Of a DNA stretch of 64,000 nucleotides, positions 1 through 13,900 are shown one piece after another. Origin of the DNA: Ascoidea asiatica JCM 7603 (taxonomy: Eukaryota > Fungi > Ascomycota); NCBI GenBank assembly GCA_001600695.1, contig BCKQ01000009.1, positions 204,913-268,912 of the forward strand, in the 5' to 3' direction. The notes beneath the pieces are model-generated. The model saw only the letters and a program-made list of their open reading frames with translations. It was not told where the DNA came from and ran no database searches. Each line of letters starts with the position of its first letter. The first letter of the stretch is position 1. The translations under genes and the position numbers were made by a program.

Positions 1-97
<97 letters not shown>
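1..97 (+). repeat. (AAT)n microsatellite encoding poly-Asn in SNT1
   Basis: Perfect trinucleotide run, in frame with the SNT1 ORF. Confidence 0.95.
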
Positions 98-3000
98 CTT
101 AATATTACCGCTAATACCTCTAATAACAATAATAACAATAATAATAGTATTTCTTCTTCTAATAATAATAAAAATAATATAAATAGTAATATCAATAAAA
201 ACTATATCAATAATAACTCATACAAAAATGATTCAGTGTCTAGAAATGATTATAATTCAGCTTCAAATATACAGAATAATTCTTATAACAATTCAAATAA
301 CTTAAATAATATGAATAATATGAACAACATAAATAATATAAGTAACATAAATAATCGAAATAAAAGAAATTATTTCTATAATACTTCAAAGGATAAAAGA
401 AGATCAATAAGTGATACAACTGTAACAACTTCTGTTAATTCAATACCTATACAAAAATCATTACAAAAATCTTTACAAAAATCAAATATGTTAAAGCCAA
501 ATATCTCAAAATCATTATCAAATTCTATTCAAATTCCAATATCAAATTCAAATTCTATTCCAATTTTAAATTCAAATTCAAATTTTAATTCTATTGATTC
601 TAATGATTATAAAAAAATTAGAGTTAAATCAAATCCAGAATCTTTATATTCTTCTTCAATATCCTTATCTTCAAGGAATCAAAAAATAAAACCAAATAAA
701 TATAATCAATCTCTTGATCCTTTAGATCGACCTTTGAATAGTCAACTGGTAAAACCTTTTAAAAAATATATAAATAACAATAATAATATTAATAGCAATA
801 ATAATAGTCTGAATAACATGAACAATAACAATAATAATGTCAATAATCTGAATAACAATAATAATAATCCTTATTTTAAAAAAGAATATGATTTCAATAA
901 TAAATATTATAATTCAAATTCTCATTCTCATCCTCATCCTCATTCTCATCATAAAAATTTAACTCTTAATCAAAAATTTCATAAACCAAATTTAATCTCC
1001 TCAAATAGATATAATTCAAAATATAATAATAAATCTTATTCTTATAATAAAAGTTTAAATAGAAGTTTAACTCCAACTACTTCTCAAATGATTATACCTA
1101 AAAATAATTTAAATTCAAGAATTGGTACAAATTCAATTTCTGCTCCAACCTCAACAACTTCAACAATTCCAATAAATTTACCTGGTTCTTTTACTCCAAT
1201 AAGTCAAGTGAATTCTTCTATAATTATAAATTCAAGAAGATCTTCTAAATCTTCAGAATCTGGGTTTTCAACTCCATCTTCAAATATTTCAAAAACAAAT
1301 TTTAATAAAAAATATGATTCATTTAACCAAAAAAAGAAAAGTATTTCATTAATTGATCAAAAAAGTAAAATTTCAAAACTTAATGGTAAACAAAAAGAAA
1401 TAATCACTGATGATGATTTTGATTATGAACCTGAAGAAATAGAAACAGAAGAAGGTTCAGCTGATGAAAAATCGAAAAATGAAATAAAGAAAAGAAAAAT
1501 ATCTATAGAGAAAAATACGGAGAAAATTGAAAACAGTTTTATAAAAAAAGAAAATGAGTATGACTTATCGATAATGAATAATCCTCTAGTAAATAATTTG
1601 AAAACTAATGAATCTAAAGTAGTGGAAAAATTTATAGAGAATTCTCCAAAAAGAGAATTAATAAGCCAAGCCAAAGATTCCTCTCAAAAATCAATTGAAA
1701 ATCAAGTAAATAATATTAAGGAAGAACCTATAAATGACATTCAAATCATTTCTTCGAAGGAAAACATATCTAGTTCAATTCCTATTCCAAAAGTGAAAAA
1801 AGAAATTGAAGACCTGCCAAATACCAATAAGATTATTACGCTTCCAAAATCAGATCAACAAGTTCAACCAATTATTCAAAAAAATGCATTAAAAGAAAAA
1901 CAATTAAAAGTCAGTGATTCTTTCAAAGAAAAGTTAGCTAGTTTTAAAGAAAGGAATCCAGATGAATGTATATACCCTCTAGATCGATTAAATTCTAAGT
2001 TTGATTTTTTATTGTCAAAATCTCCATATGAGATTATAAAAAATCAAAAATATTTATTACAAGAACCTATCAAAGATTTCTATGATTTACCACTTTTCAA
2101 AAACAATATCATCGCTCATGAAAAAATTTTTAAATCAAAAATTTTGTCAAATACTCAGACTTTAAGAAAAGCAATTGGTAAGAAAAAGATCTCACTATGT
2201 TGTGATTTCAAAAGAATGAATGATAAATGGAATGATAGATGTGAAAAAATGACTAATGAATTACTTTCAATTCATAAAAATAGTTTATCTCTTTTTGAAG
2301 ATAAAGGAAGTAAAGAGGATCAAAAAGAAAAATCAGGTACTGAAAAAAGTGAATTAGTTCCTAAAAAGGAAAGAGTTCGTCGTAATCGTCATCATGGAGA
2401 TACTGTAAGATCTGAGGCTGAATTTTTGGAAGTTCTTGCTTCTTTGAATGAAACTGATCCTCTTTTTAAAGCTCAAAGTGTTGCAGCAGAAATACCCGAT
2501 ATGATTTTTAATCCACTAGAAAAATATGGATTTGATTTTATTGATACAAATAATCTTTTAACAGATAATGAAATTTTTGAAAAGCGATTAATTGATGATG
2601 CAGTTGAAACATTTAGTGAAAACGAACATTTATTATTCTGTGAAGCATTTTCCAGTTTTCCAAAAAGATTTGGAAGAATTTCAAAAGAAATGGGAGGACT
2701 TAGAACAACAGAAGAATGTGTTCTTCATTATTATAGAACTAAACATACTATTACTGATTATAAAGAATTAGTTAAAAATAAAAGACCTGGAAGAAGAGGT
2801 GGAAGTAAAAAAAGAAGTGTAAAACGTGCTTTGAAACAAAAGCCTCAACAAATTGATAGTGATTTAGCAAATGGTAATATCAATAGTTCTAATGTTTATA
2901 ATGGTTCTTCTACACCAGCAGAGAATATTACTGAACCAGAGTCTGATTCTGCAATTCGTAGATCTAAAAGATCAAAAGGGAAATTAATTTCAGATTCAAT

Positions 3001-3763
3001 AGATGATAGTTTTAGTTCAATAGATGGATTCAAAGGAAATATTCATGAAGTGAATATTATTGAAGTTGAGAAAGGAGAACCTTTAAGAAAAAGACAGAGA
3101 AGTTCAAAAAAACAAGAAGATCTAACAATCACAAGTTATTGGAGTGTATCAGATGCAACAATTTTCCCAGGATTATTAGAAAAATATGGTAATCATTGGA
3201 GTATTATAGCAAAAGAAATGGGGACAAAAAGTGCAATAATGGTAAGAAACTACTACTCTAAAAATGCAAAGACCAAAGGATGGAGAAAACTAATGGAATC
3301 AGGAAATAATATTTATGGAACAGATCAAGGTTCTATGCAAGATGTAGATATGTCGATGAATAATAATATTGAAGATTCAAGTAAAATGTCTCCAATAGGT
3401 GATGAAAACTTAAGTAGTAAAGAAATATCTAGATTATCAACAGATCCACCTATGGGGTATTTTGGATCAGTTAAAGTTATGGATAAAAAAAATGAAGAGC
3501 TTTATGATAAAGAAAAAGTTAATATTATTTCTAATAGAATAGATGAAAACCATGATGATAAATCAGGTAATAAAACAGATAATCAGATAGATGGTAACAC
3601 ATTTAATAAAAATGAATTTTCACTTCCTAATAGTAATAAGTTATCCATTTCAAATCTTATAACAGGTTTATCAACTAAAGATTCAAATTCTGGATCAAAA
3701 ATAAGAAAAGCATCAATTATTAATCTTTTGAATAGTGATCCAGTGGAAACAGAAAAAAGATAA
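2..3763 (+). CDS. SNT1: Set3C/NCoR-like SANT-domain subunit Snt1, 5' end outside the window
   Basis: Two SANT/Myb motifs (FSENEHLLFCEAFSSFPKRFGRISKEMGGLRTTEECVLHYYRTK; SYWSVSDATIFPGLLEKYGNHWSIIAKEMGTKSAIMVRNYY) plus HGDTVRSEAEFLEVL. The track start at 236 is a GTG; the frame stays open from base 2 (AAT repeats), so the true ATG is upstream. Confidence 0.88.
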
Positions 3764-4457
3764 AAAAATCTTTCACTCAGTTCTATCAAACATTAAATCT
3801 TCAAATACAATACACAAAATAATCAAAATCCAAAGCAAAAAAAAATATCAACCAAAACTTCTCAGTATAGCCTTTAATTATTTCCTTATTCTATTTTTAC
3901 TTACTAACCATATTTTAACAACTATTAATGTATTTTTGTTCCAATAAATTTTCAAAGAATACCTTTTTTAGATCTTTTTCCAATTTTTTTTTCATTTTTA
4001 ATCAATTCTGTTTACAAATTTTTTCTTTAATAATTTTTTTCTTTTATTTGTTCTTTTGTTAATTTTTTTATTTTACTATTTTTTTTTCTTCAAATTCTAT
4101 TACTTAGTTTTGATTCGGTTTGTATACTACTGTTTTATTTTTTGTTTATAATTCTTGGATTTTTCATGAAGATTTCTTGTGTTTATTGGATCTGATTTGA
4201 ATTAGTTAGTGTAACTAATTCCCTTGTATATTAGCTGATGTTGGAAAACTGTATACATTGGTATGCTGTAATGATAATTATTTATTATAAATTATATATT
4301 TTTGTAAATGAAATGGACTTTTATATTTTATTTTGCAATTATTCGTAGCTGGAAGTGAACAAAACCTTTTTTACTGGGAAAATCAGATAAACCTCTATTA
4401 TCCGGAAAATTATTAGTGAGTCCAGAATTGTGGGTTTTTTTTGCGTAAAAAAAAAAT

Positions 4458-4513
4458 ATCACATGACCGGTTTTAGTTTTTGTTATCCGACGGCTATTTC
4501 TGTGTCACATGAT
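4458..4513. promoter_or_regulatory. Two RTCACRTG (Cbf1/bHLH-type) E-boxes upstream of USA1
   Basis: ATCACATGAC at 4458-4467 and GTCACATGAT at 4504-4513, next to poly-T/poly-A tracts. Confidence 0.5.
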
Positions 4514-4761
4514 CCGATTTTTAATCTAAATCACACTCTGTTAATATGTTTAATCTACAGTAAGCATTAGGTTATGTAATTATTTCAACCCGGTATAATC
4601 AACAATTCTCTTGATATTGTATAAATATATCAAGAAAGTGAGTGTCCTTGTTTGCAACTTTACAATTATTGGACATTTAGAGGAAATACTCCTTAACTTA
4701 ATCAATTAATCCAATTCAATTTAATTAAATCAAGTAAATACATCTGTAAACAATAAAAAGC

Positions 4762-6134
4762 ATGAGTGAAGAAATAAATTATGATTTAGAGTCCAGAAAT
4801 CATCCTTTTAATATTAAATTAACTGCAGATGATATGTCGATTATAAATTTTGATAATCTTATCATAAGAACAACTTTAAATAATTCAATAAATGATGTAA
4901 AAGATGTTATATGGAAGAGATCTTTTGAATCATATGAATTAAAAAAATCAGAATCTGAAAAAGATGAAGATATTAATGAAAATTTGAATGATAATGTAAA
5001 TGAAATAATTTTACATCCTGATTGTTTCAATTTAATTTATGAAGACGACTTTTCAAACGATTCAAAAACTGTAAATAATAGCAATGATAATAATGAAAAA
5101 CTATTTAATGTTTTCAAATTAATTACATCAGAAGATTTAATACACAAAAATTATACAAAAAAAATTTTAAAAATTATTCATTTACCTAAAATAGATTTAA
5201 ATAAAAATTATTTACTTTCATATAAAGATTCATACATTGATATAAATTATAAATTTGAAAATTTAAATACAAATTTTAATTTAAATTTTACTTCAAGAGA
5301 AACTTTATCAACAACTTTAAAATCTTTAAAATATTCAATCTTATCTCATTTACAGAAAAAAAATTTCAATATATATTTATTAAATAATACTATTTCTGAT
5401 ATAAATTTAAATTTAGAAAAAAATTCAATTTCTTCAATTGAAAACCAAAAAAAAAAAGAACAAAATAATGAATTAAAATTATGTGATTATTTATCTTTAG
5501 ATACTGTTCCAAATTTTAATTTAAATTTATACCCAAATTTAAATTTAATTGAAAATTTTAATATTGAAAATTTTGAAAAAAATAAAATTAAAATTTCTTT
5601 ATCTTCACCTGATGAAAATCATTTATCTTCAAAATTAATTTTTTTAAATTCTGATTTAATTCCAACAATTTTAAATGTTAAAGAAAGAATTATTCAAAAT
5701 TTTAATCTTGGTGATTCAATTATTTTAAATTCTGATCTAAATTTTAATGATATTAAAATTATTTATAGAGGTAAAATTTTATTAGATGAACAATTAATTT
5801 CAGATTTATTAAAAGCTTTAAAAACTCAACATCATAATCATAACCGTAATAATAGAGAAAAGGATAAAGAAAAAGAAAAAGAAAAAGATATTGATAACGA
5901 TAATAATAATGATTTACTTTTTTTGCATTTTATCATTAATCCTGACTTTTACGATAGAAATTCAAATGCTTTAAAAAATTCAAAACTGAAAAAATCTTCA
6001 AATTCTAGTAGAGAAAAACAATTACAAAAAGAAACTTTATGGCAATCCATAAGAAGTGGCACTGCTTTTGAATTTTTCCCTTCAAGACCAAATAGTCCTC
6101 TTTCATTCTCAGAAAATACTACTACTACTACTAC

Positions 6135-6194
<60 letters not shown>

Positions 6195-7695
6195 TAATAA
6201 TAAAAAAAGTGAAAATAATCAACTTAAATCAAATTCAGAATCCTCAATTAATTCCGAATATTTTCAAACTGCTGTTGAAAATAAAATACCAAATTTTACT
6301 AAAAATCTATCTGGTATTGCATTTGATGAATATAAAGATCCTGTAGATAATTCTACTATTTTAGTTAACCAATTGAAAAATTCTTCTAAAATCATTCAAA
6401 TTAAATTCAATAATTCAATTATCAAATTATCGACTTCTCAAGCTATTATAAATTTATCAAATCCAAATAAACCTTATTTATTATTATCTCCATCAGGAAT
6501 AGCTTTATTAACAAAATCTATAGGCGATTCTTCAACTCTAATTCCTCCAAAAATAATTTATGAGAGACAAAAAGAAAAAGAACCTAGTAAGAAAGCCTCT
6601 AAATTCACAGCCACTACTTCAGATACTCCAAGTACTTCAACTACAAGCTCTATTCCATCGAATACTCCAACAAATCCCACTCATAATTCAAATAACCCAA
6701 TTCCAGAACTAAACAATGCCAATAGAAATATCAATAATGCCCCATTCAATGGAAGACCTCATCCTCTTTTTCCACGTATACCCCCAGGTCAGGGATTCAT
6801 TTTGAATATCAATGGCGTAGTATATACAGCAGATGATCTTAGAAATTTTAGAGATTCAATACGAAATTGGTTCAATGATTTAAGAAATAACGGTTCTTTC
6901 ACAAGAATATTTTCTTTCATATTTGCTATTGTTAAGCATGCACTTTTTTTTTACTTTTTCCTTTTTCCTCATTGTGACTTCAAAAAAACTTTTTGGAAAT
7001 CAATAGTTTTAATTTCAATATTTTCCATATATTTCATAACCAGAGAAACATTACTAGAGACATTAGAATCCATAATAAGAAATGATTTACCCATTGGTAC
7101 CAGAGATATCCTTTTAAAATATTTTCTAACTTATAGGACTTTTAATGCTAAAGTTCATTCGATATTCCATGGCTTAGGTAGAAAGCTAAATAATTTCGCT
7201 GTTTCAATTCAAAGAATCAAAATCAGTCTATCAAACTATTCATCATACTTTCTGTCTACAAACCATCCATTGCAAAATATTGAAGCAGATGAACAACGTA
7301 AAATTGTAAGTCACATTGAGTATATTTTATTTAATGAAGTTATAGATGAATCTACAAGCTTTAATAGATATGTTACAAACAGAAATGCTAGGTTATTTTT
7401 TGTATTTGTTAAGTCCCTTATTCAAGATCTTATTCTTTTTTTAACTTGCTTAAATCCAAGTTTATATGATGATTTCAAAAAGGTTGTTGACAAAAAGAAG
7501 GCAGAAAAGATTTCTGCTGTTTCAGAAAAAATACTTGAAGAAGTTGAGTCTACCAGAAATGAAAGCTCCTCTTTGAATAATGAGGAATCTTCAGAAGACC
7601 AATTATTGCGCCGAAGATTGAATACGGCCAATTTGGAAGAAGCAGAAGAAGATTTACAAGATGTAGAACTTCTTCCTGAAAATACTGAAAATTAA
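4762..7695 (+). CDS. USA1: ERAD HRD-complex scaffold Usa1-like protein (ubiquitin-like domain plus C-terminal TM segments)
   Basis: UBL-like segment (TILNVKERII...IKIIYRGKILLDEQLISDLL), two hydrophobic helices near residues 715-765 and a C-terminal LILFLTCLNPSLY motif. Adjacent to TOM1. Confidence 0.65.
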
Positions 7696-7964
7696 TTCAA
7701 AAATATAAAAATGTTAAAGTAATTTATTATTTTTTAAACTCTGTTAATTCAAAATTTCGATGTATTCTTTCATAGCATTAAATTTTAATTTGTAATGAAT
7801 TATTTCAAAGCTAATAAATAAAAAATTGTATTTATGATATAGAGTAAAAGTAAATAAATGTAAAAGAAAAGTAGTTAAAATAAAAAATAAAAGAATAAGA
7901 AACAAAAAGATAAAAAACAAAAAGTTTTGATCACCCAGATTTAAATAAATAACTCATAATATCA

Positions 7965-10900
7965 TCATGCAAACCCAAATCCTTCATGACCCTCAGTAAT
8001 AGCCAAAAGTAATGAGCCACGTAAACTTTCATAAGTTTCATATTGAGGAAGATCTAATTGATTGAAGCATGTATGTGCTGAAGGTAAACGGTCTGCAGTA
8101 CCATAATCACGATGAATAGAAAATTTTTGAGCTCCATTGACTCCAGATAATTTTCCAAATCCTTCTAATGGAACCTTACTTGTTCCTGTCACAAATTGCA
8201 AAAGCTTGGCTCGCTGCTCTTTGTCAAAAGATTTCACAGCTCTCCAGAACCATTGAATAACTGCATTAGAAGGAGAAAAGTTTTTGTAAATAGTATTGTT
8301 TTTCCAATCATCAACATCAATATATGGGAGACCTGATATTAACAACTCTAGTTCTTGTTCATTTAAAATAGAAACAAGCTCTTTGGGAATTATTTCATAA
8401 AACCCAATTAAAAAATTATCAATTTGCTCCTTCACACTGGTTTGCAATCTAAACTCAATAACTTTTTGAACATAATCCTTTTTATTTTCATTGGTTAAAG
8501 GGATGTTACGACCATTAGGAATTAAATCAAAAACTTTAGTAATACCAAAATCGTCAGTTTCAATTGAGAATGTTTCAGTTAAAATATCAGTTATATCATT
8601 ATTCAATATCCATTCCACCGATTTGTAATACTCAGGATCTAAGTTTTCCATATCCTTAATAGATACTTTTCTTCCTAAAAGACTTTTATAAAGAGCACGA
8701 CTAAAATGACAATCTAAGAAACATCCATCAAATATGGCCTTTCCAATAATAGTTCCAATAAATTTGAAAAATGAGAGATGTTCTGGATTAATCCCTGAAG
8801 TTCTATTTGGATGGAATGTTGTCTTATCACTAGCAACAGGAGTAAAAAGAGCATAATCAGGATTAAACATTTGCCTTGAAAGTACTTGGTACCACTCTCT
8901 GGTTAGACCACCGGCATCCACCCCAGCCTCACCTCGAAATCTAATATCAAGCTTGGAAGCTCTAAGATCATCACGGTTTTTATAAAACAAAACTTTGAAT
9001 GAGTCCAAAAAGACATTATCACGACTCACAACAACCGGGAGAGTTCTATGAGAAGGGTATTGAGAATGCAATTGCCTATCAAAATAGACCTTTTTATTGT
9101 CAAATTCTAATGCTCTTGGATTTTTAACCAACAATGAAAAAGGGCCACTCATTAATTTTGGATTAGTTCTTACCATTTGATTCAATATTGTCTTATGTTG
9201 ATCAGTAAAGAAGAAAAACAACTTCTCAAGTGGCTCTTTAGAAAAATCATGCACAATAGATTCATATTTTGTGTCTTTTTCCTTAACATCCTTCACATCT
9301 TTAGTTTTACACACTACCATTAAGGCTTCTATTAAAGGTAATAAAATGGTAGAAACATGAGTGAAAGATTTTCTCAGTTCTAGTTTACTTAAACAGTCTC
9401 CTAAAGCAGCCCATAAATGACCTAAATCTAAAGTAGCATAATCAAAACTCAAATTTTCGCTGGGTAAATTTAGATAATCAAGTGCAGTAAGTGCTCGGAC
9501 CAATTTGGTTTGATCAGAATTTGCTTCAACAAATTTAGTTAAAACAGAACCGTTGAGTTCTTCTTTTCCTGATGCTGAGTCTATTGTTTTACTTAATTGA
9601 GTAATATCGGAAATTAATGATCGTGATAATTTCTTAGACAAATTTGAAAGCTCATCCGTTAGGATACTTCTTCCATTGGGGAGATAGCACAAATTCTTCA
9701 AAGAGTTCAAAGTTCGTTGAAATGTTTTTCCTGAAGAGCAAACTTCGGATATCAAAATAACAACTATTCCTTTCATATTGTCTTCAGTAATAGCAGGAAG
9801 AACTGAAAGTTTAGACTTCTCAGAAGATTCTTTTTTGTTTTTAACTGATTTTGATTCAGAAGTACCAGTTTGAGTGTCGGAAGTTTCATTTTTTTCACCA
9901 TTTGATACTTCTCCATCCGGTTGAGTCTTTTCTTCATCTGATTTCTTCTTTTTTTCTTCTTCTAATTGTTTCTTCTTTTCATCTTCTTTGATTTTGATAG
10001 ATTTCAATGGTTGAGTTACCATATCGAAAATATTAGACAACGTTTTTAACAATGAAGGATCATCTTTAAGGGAAGGTCTTTTTAATAATCCAAATAAAGC
10101 ATCTACTGGATATTTTAAAAGAATATCTGAGCTATGCTTATTGTGGAATAATCTTAAGTTAACAGATGATTCGATATTTGTTAAAAAAAAATATCGAAGA
10201 GATGGATAAAATTTGAAGAGTTGATATATGGCATACAAAACTTGGTTAGCAACAGTTAAGGGATTTGAAGTTAAAGGAAACTGAGGTAATATAGAATCTT
10301 TAATTAAAGTGGGAGTTAAAACGGGGATTGTTTTATTTTCTTTAGCTGTTGAAGGAAAGCAAAATTTCGATCTGTAAGAAACGGAGACAAAAGCTCTCTC
10401 GAGTGATTTCTGATCAGTAAATGCATCTTGGAGAAGTGATAATAAAATGCATATAAACTCCATTCTTGTCTGTCTATTATAACAGATATATTGAAAGATT
10501 CCATAAAAAGAATCACTGCTCTCTTTAGTTAATGGAAAGAACAAAAATCTAGTCATTGCAAAAATTCCTGATTTATCAATTAGGGGAGAGTAATAGCTTC
10601 TCTTTTTTTTCTCTACAGGTTCTACCTCTTTAGGTTCTTCCTCGGCATCAGTATGATGTTCTGCTTCTTCATGTTCAGAATCATTCTCGAAGGGTCTGAT
10701 ATATCTCTCTCTTTCAACAAAAGCTGTCTCTTGATCAAGAATTTCTGTTTGCATTTCTTGTGGTAAAGCATTTAAAAAATCTGGATCGATTCCTCCGACC
10801 GTAGAGTTTCCACTTGTTACAGCCTCTAGCCTTCTTTGACTAATGTGACTAGTAAATACCTCATATCGCATTTCGTCTGGAAGTGCTCTAATGAATTCAG

Positions 10901-13900
10901 CATCAATATCCGTTCCACTTATGTCAACTTCTCTACCTCTAATAAGAACATAAACAGGTTCCCTTGGTGTAGTTTGCTGGGTTTCTGCTAACTGTTGGCG
11001 TATTCTCTCTTCTTCCTCTTTTCTTTTCCTTTCTTGCTCTTCTGCTCTCTTTCTTCGAAGCTCCATTGCGTCCTCTAATCTTTTTCTTTCCATTTCTCTT
11101 TTTGCTTCAGCTAATTCAAAACTAGAATCAAATATTTTGTTGATAATCTCAGGGATCACTCTTTTAGCCTCGGAAGCACAGTTTTTGTAAAGAATAATAG
11201 CTGATTCCTTCCATCTCTCTGTAGTTGGTTTTAATGTAAATAACGGAACTTTTTCCGGCTTTCGTACACTATAACGATAACGAGTGAGGTTCATTAATGG
11301 CTCACCATTATCGGCACCAAATATTTCATGTCTGAAGTTGGGAATATTTCTTCTACTCATTATTCTTTCAGCTATCTCAAAAAACTCATTTAACGTATTG
11401 TGATAAACATCAGGAGCTCCTCTTGTATGATTATAATGTCTGGTTCTTTCTAAATTATTTCTTAAAAATTCATTGCTAGCAAAAATATTTAAGTCGGAAT
11501 GTGGAAAATCAGAAAATTCGGAGATATCTGAATTTTCTTCCAAATCATCAATATCTTCCTCGTCATCATCTTCTTCTTCCTCCTCCTCGTGCGAGATTCC
11601 AAAACGGATCTGTCGTTCATCTTCATCTTCAGATTGAAAATCTGTTGCCATAGGATCAAAAAAGGCATCTCCTGAATTATTTATAGTTGTCCAATCTTCA
11701 TACATTTCTACACTTGCATTATCGCCTTGGGAATCAGAAAGAACATCAGCACTTCCAACTACCCTTTCCCAATCGTTGTCAGGAGAAAGTCCCTCAGATC
11801 CAGGTTCATGATCATGCTCAATTTGGATTTCAACTTCAACATTCTCACCACTTCCATTATCAGAATTATCTAAATCAATAGACTCAACAATATCATCGTC
11901 ATCAATTGTTTCACCTATCATTTCAATATCGCTTCCTTCAGATTCCTCATCTAAGGCAATATCCATTTCAGAATCAGAACTGGAATCATAGACGCTTTCT
12001 TCTTCATCTAGCTCATCATCTTCATCGTCATCACCATCATTTTCGCTATCAAAATCATTCTCCAAATCACTATCATCTTCCGAATTATTACTGTTAAAAT
12101 CGTACATACCCAAGGTTGAATTTCGAAAATTGTTTCTAGTATCATTTGAATGCTCATCCGCGGATTCAACTTCTTCTTCAATTTCAGTGTCTGCTGAAAT
12201 TTCAGGTCTGAACAAATCTTGATGCTTAGTTTTAATTTTTCCCAAATTAGTCAATGGTTTAAAAGACTCTTCCATGAACTCTTTGATATGAGGGAAATTT
12301 AGATCAATAGAAGATATCACAGAAGTAATTTGGTTCATTATGCCTTTCTCTATCATTGCTTTACCAATATAATATGCATCAAGCTTTGTTGAGTTATCAT
12401 CCAAGCAGCATTCAAAAATCTTTCCAAAAGAGGGTGCTAATAAGCAACTACATAACTCGAATAAGTTGATTATTTTTCCGTAACGAACTTCGGCTACCTG
12501 CTTGTTTGATATAGTATCTTTCAATGCCTTAGATAAATATTCCATGAATTGTTTTCTGATGCCTGACATCAATGAGTCTTCCTTCTTTCCATCTGGTTCA
12601 TTTGTATCTTCAGTGAATGGTGATGAGACTAACGAAAATAAGACAAGCTGAGAAAGTTGACTCACTGCCTTTCTTTTAATCAACTCTCGAGAATTCTGTT
12701 TTGAGAACATATTGGTACAAATTAATTTATGTAAAAAAAAATTGATAGATGTTGAATGAAACTTGATGCTTTTTTGCTGTTGATTTCTAGAATAAGTCAT
12801 AAATTCAACTTTAGCTTGCCTGTATGACGAAAGAAGTTCAATGATACAATATATTAGAAACATTATATAATCAAAATCTGTGTTCTTTGGCGAATCCTTT
12901 GAATTTGAAGAATCATTATTTGCATCATTAGATATATCTACCCATTTATCATTCAATGTAGTACTCATAATTTCTGTTAGTAGTACAGTCATCAACCCAA
13001 TAGGATGGTCCATTTTATCTTCTGAGTCCGGATCAATCATTTGAATATCATCCTTGTTCTCTTCGAGACAGTAAACTTTAGTATTGTCAAGAGATTTCCT
13101 GCAATTTTCTAATCTAGCATTTGCTGTAATGCAACTAACAAAAATTTTTGGATCTCTTAGAGTAATAGCTGCATTCTCGGAAATAAGAGAATTTAAATCT
13201 GTCAGCTTTGGAGACGTTGAATCTGACGACCTAAATTTATGGGCTTTTGTAAACACTTCATTCAATTTTTTATTGATTATACCTTTTATAAAATCAGGGG
13301 TCTCATAAAATTTTCTAATTAATCCCAAAACATTAATTTTTAGACTACTGCAACTTTCAGAATCATTGAACTTGTAAACAGACTTAATTAGAAAATTGAC
13401 AATAGGCGCATTGTAGATCAATGTATAATTTTCATATTTTTGGCAATAGACGATCAAAAGTTTTGTTACAGCCAAAGCTGTGTCTACATTTTCGATATTT
13501 GAAATGTTCAATAATCTCTTTAAAATTGACCTTTCAATATCTGGAGATAAACTAACATTACCTCTAGAACATACAAATAACCTAAATGTTGTAGGCATAT
13601 TTAATTTATCGACTTCTGGAAGAATAGAGTAAGAATAAATCTTTGTGTAAATATTTAAAGCAGATGGTACCCAAGGAGAATTGATTATTTCAGGTTTAAA
13701 AGCATCATCGAAAATTTTGATATATTTATCAGCCAAATCATTTGATAATTTAAGAGTTTGATCACTTTCGCATAACGATAAAAACAACATTAACATTGGG
13801 GAAAGCCTATCTTTCACCTTAAGAGCATCTAAGTCAGAAAAAAGAGACGTTATTATCATTAGTAGCATGTGAAGCATTCCACCATCTTGGCTTTCGAGAA

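Noticed and set aside
1-97. (TAA)n at the window edge as a telomere or non-coding repeat
   Set aside because: It is in frame with SNT1 and encodes poly-Asn.
4192-4256. Minus-strand intron-like GTATAC...CACTAAC...CAG
   Set aside because: The donor is poor and splicing yields no ORF.
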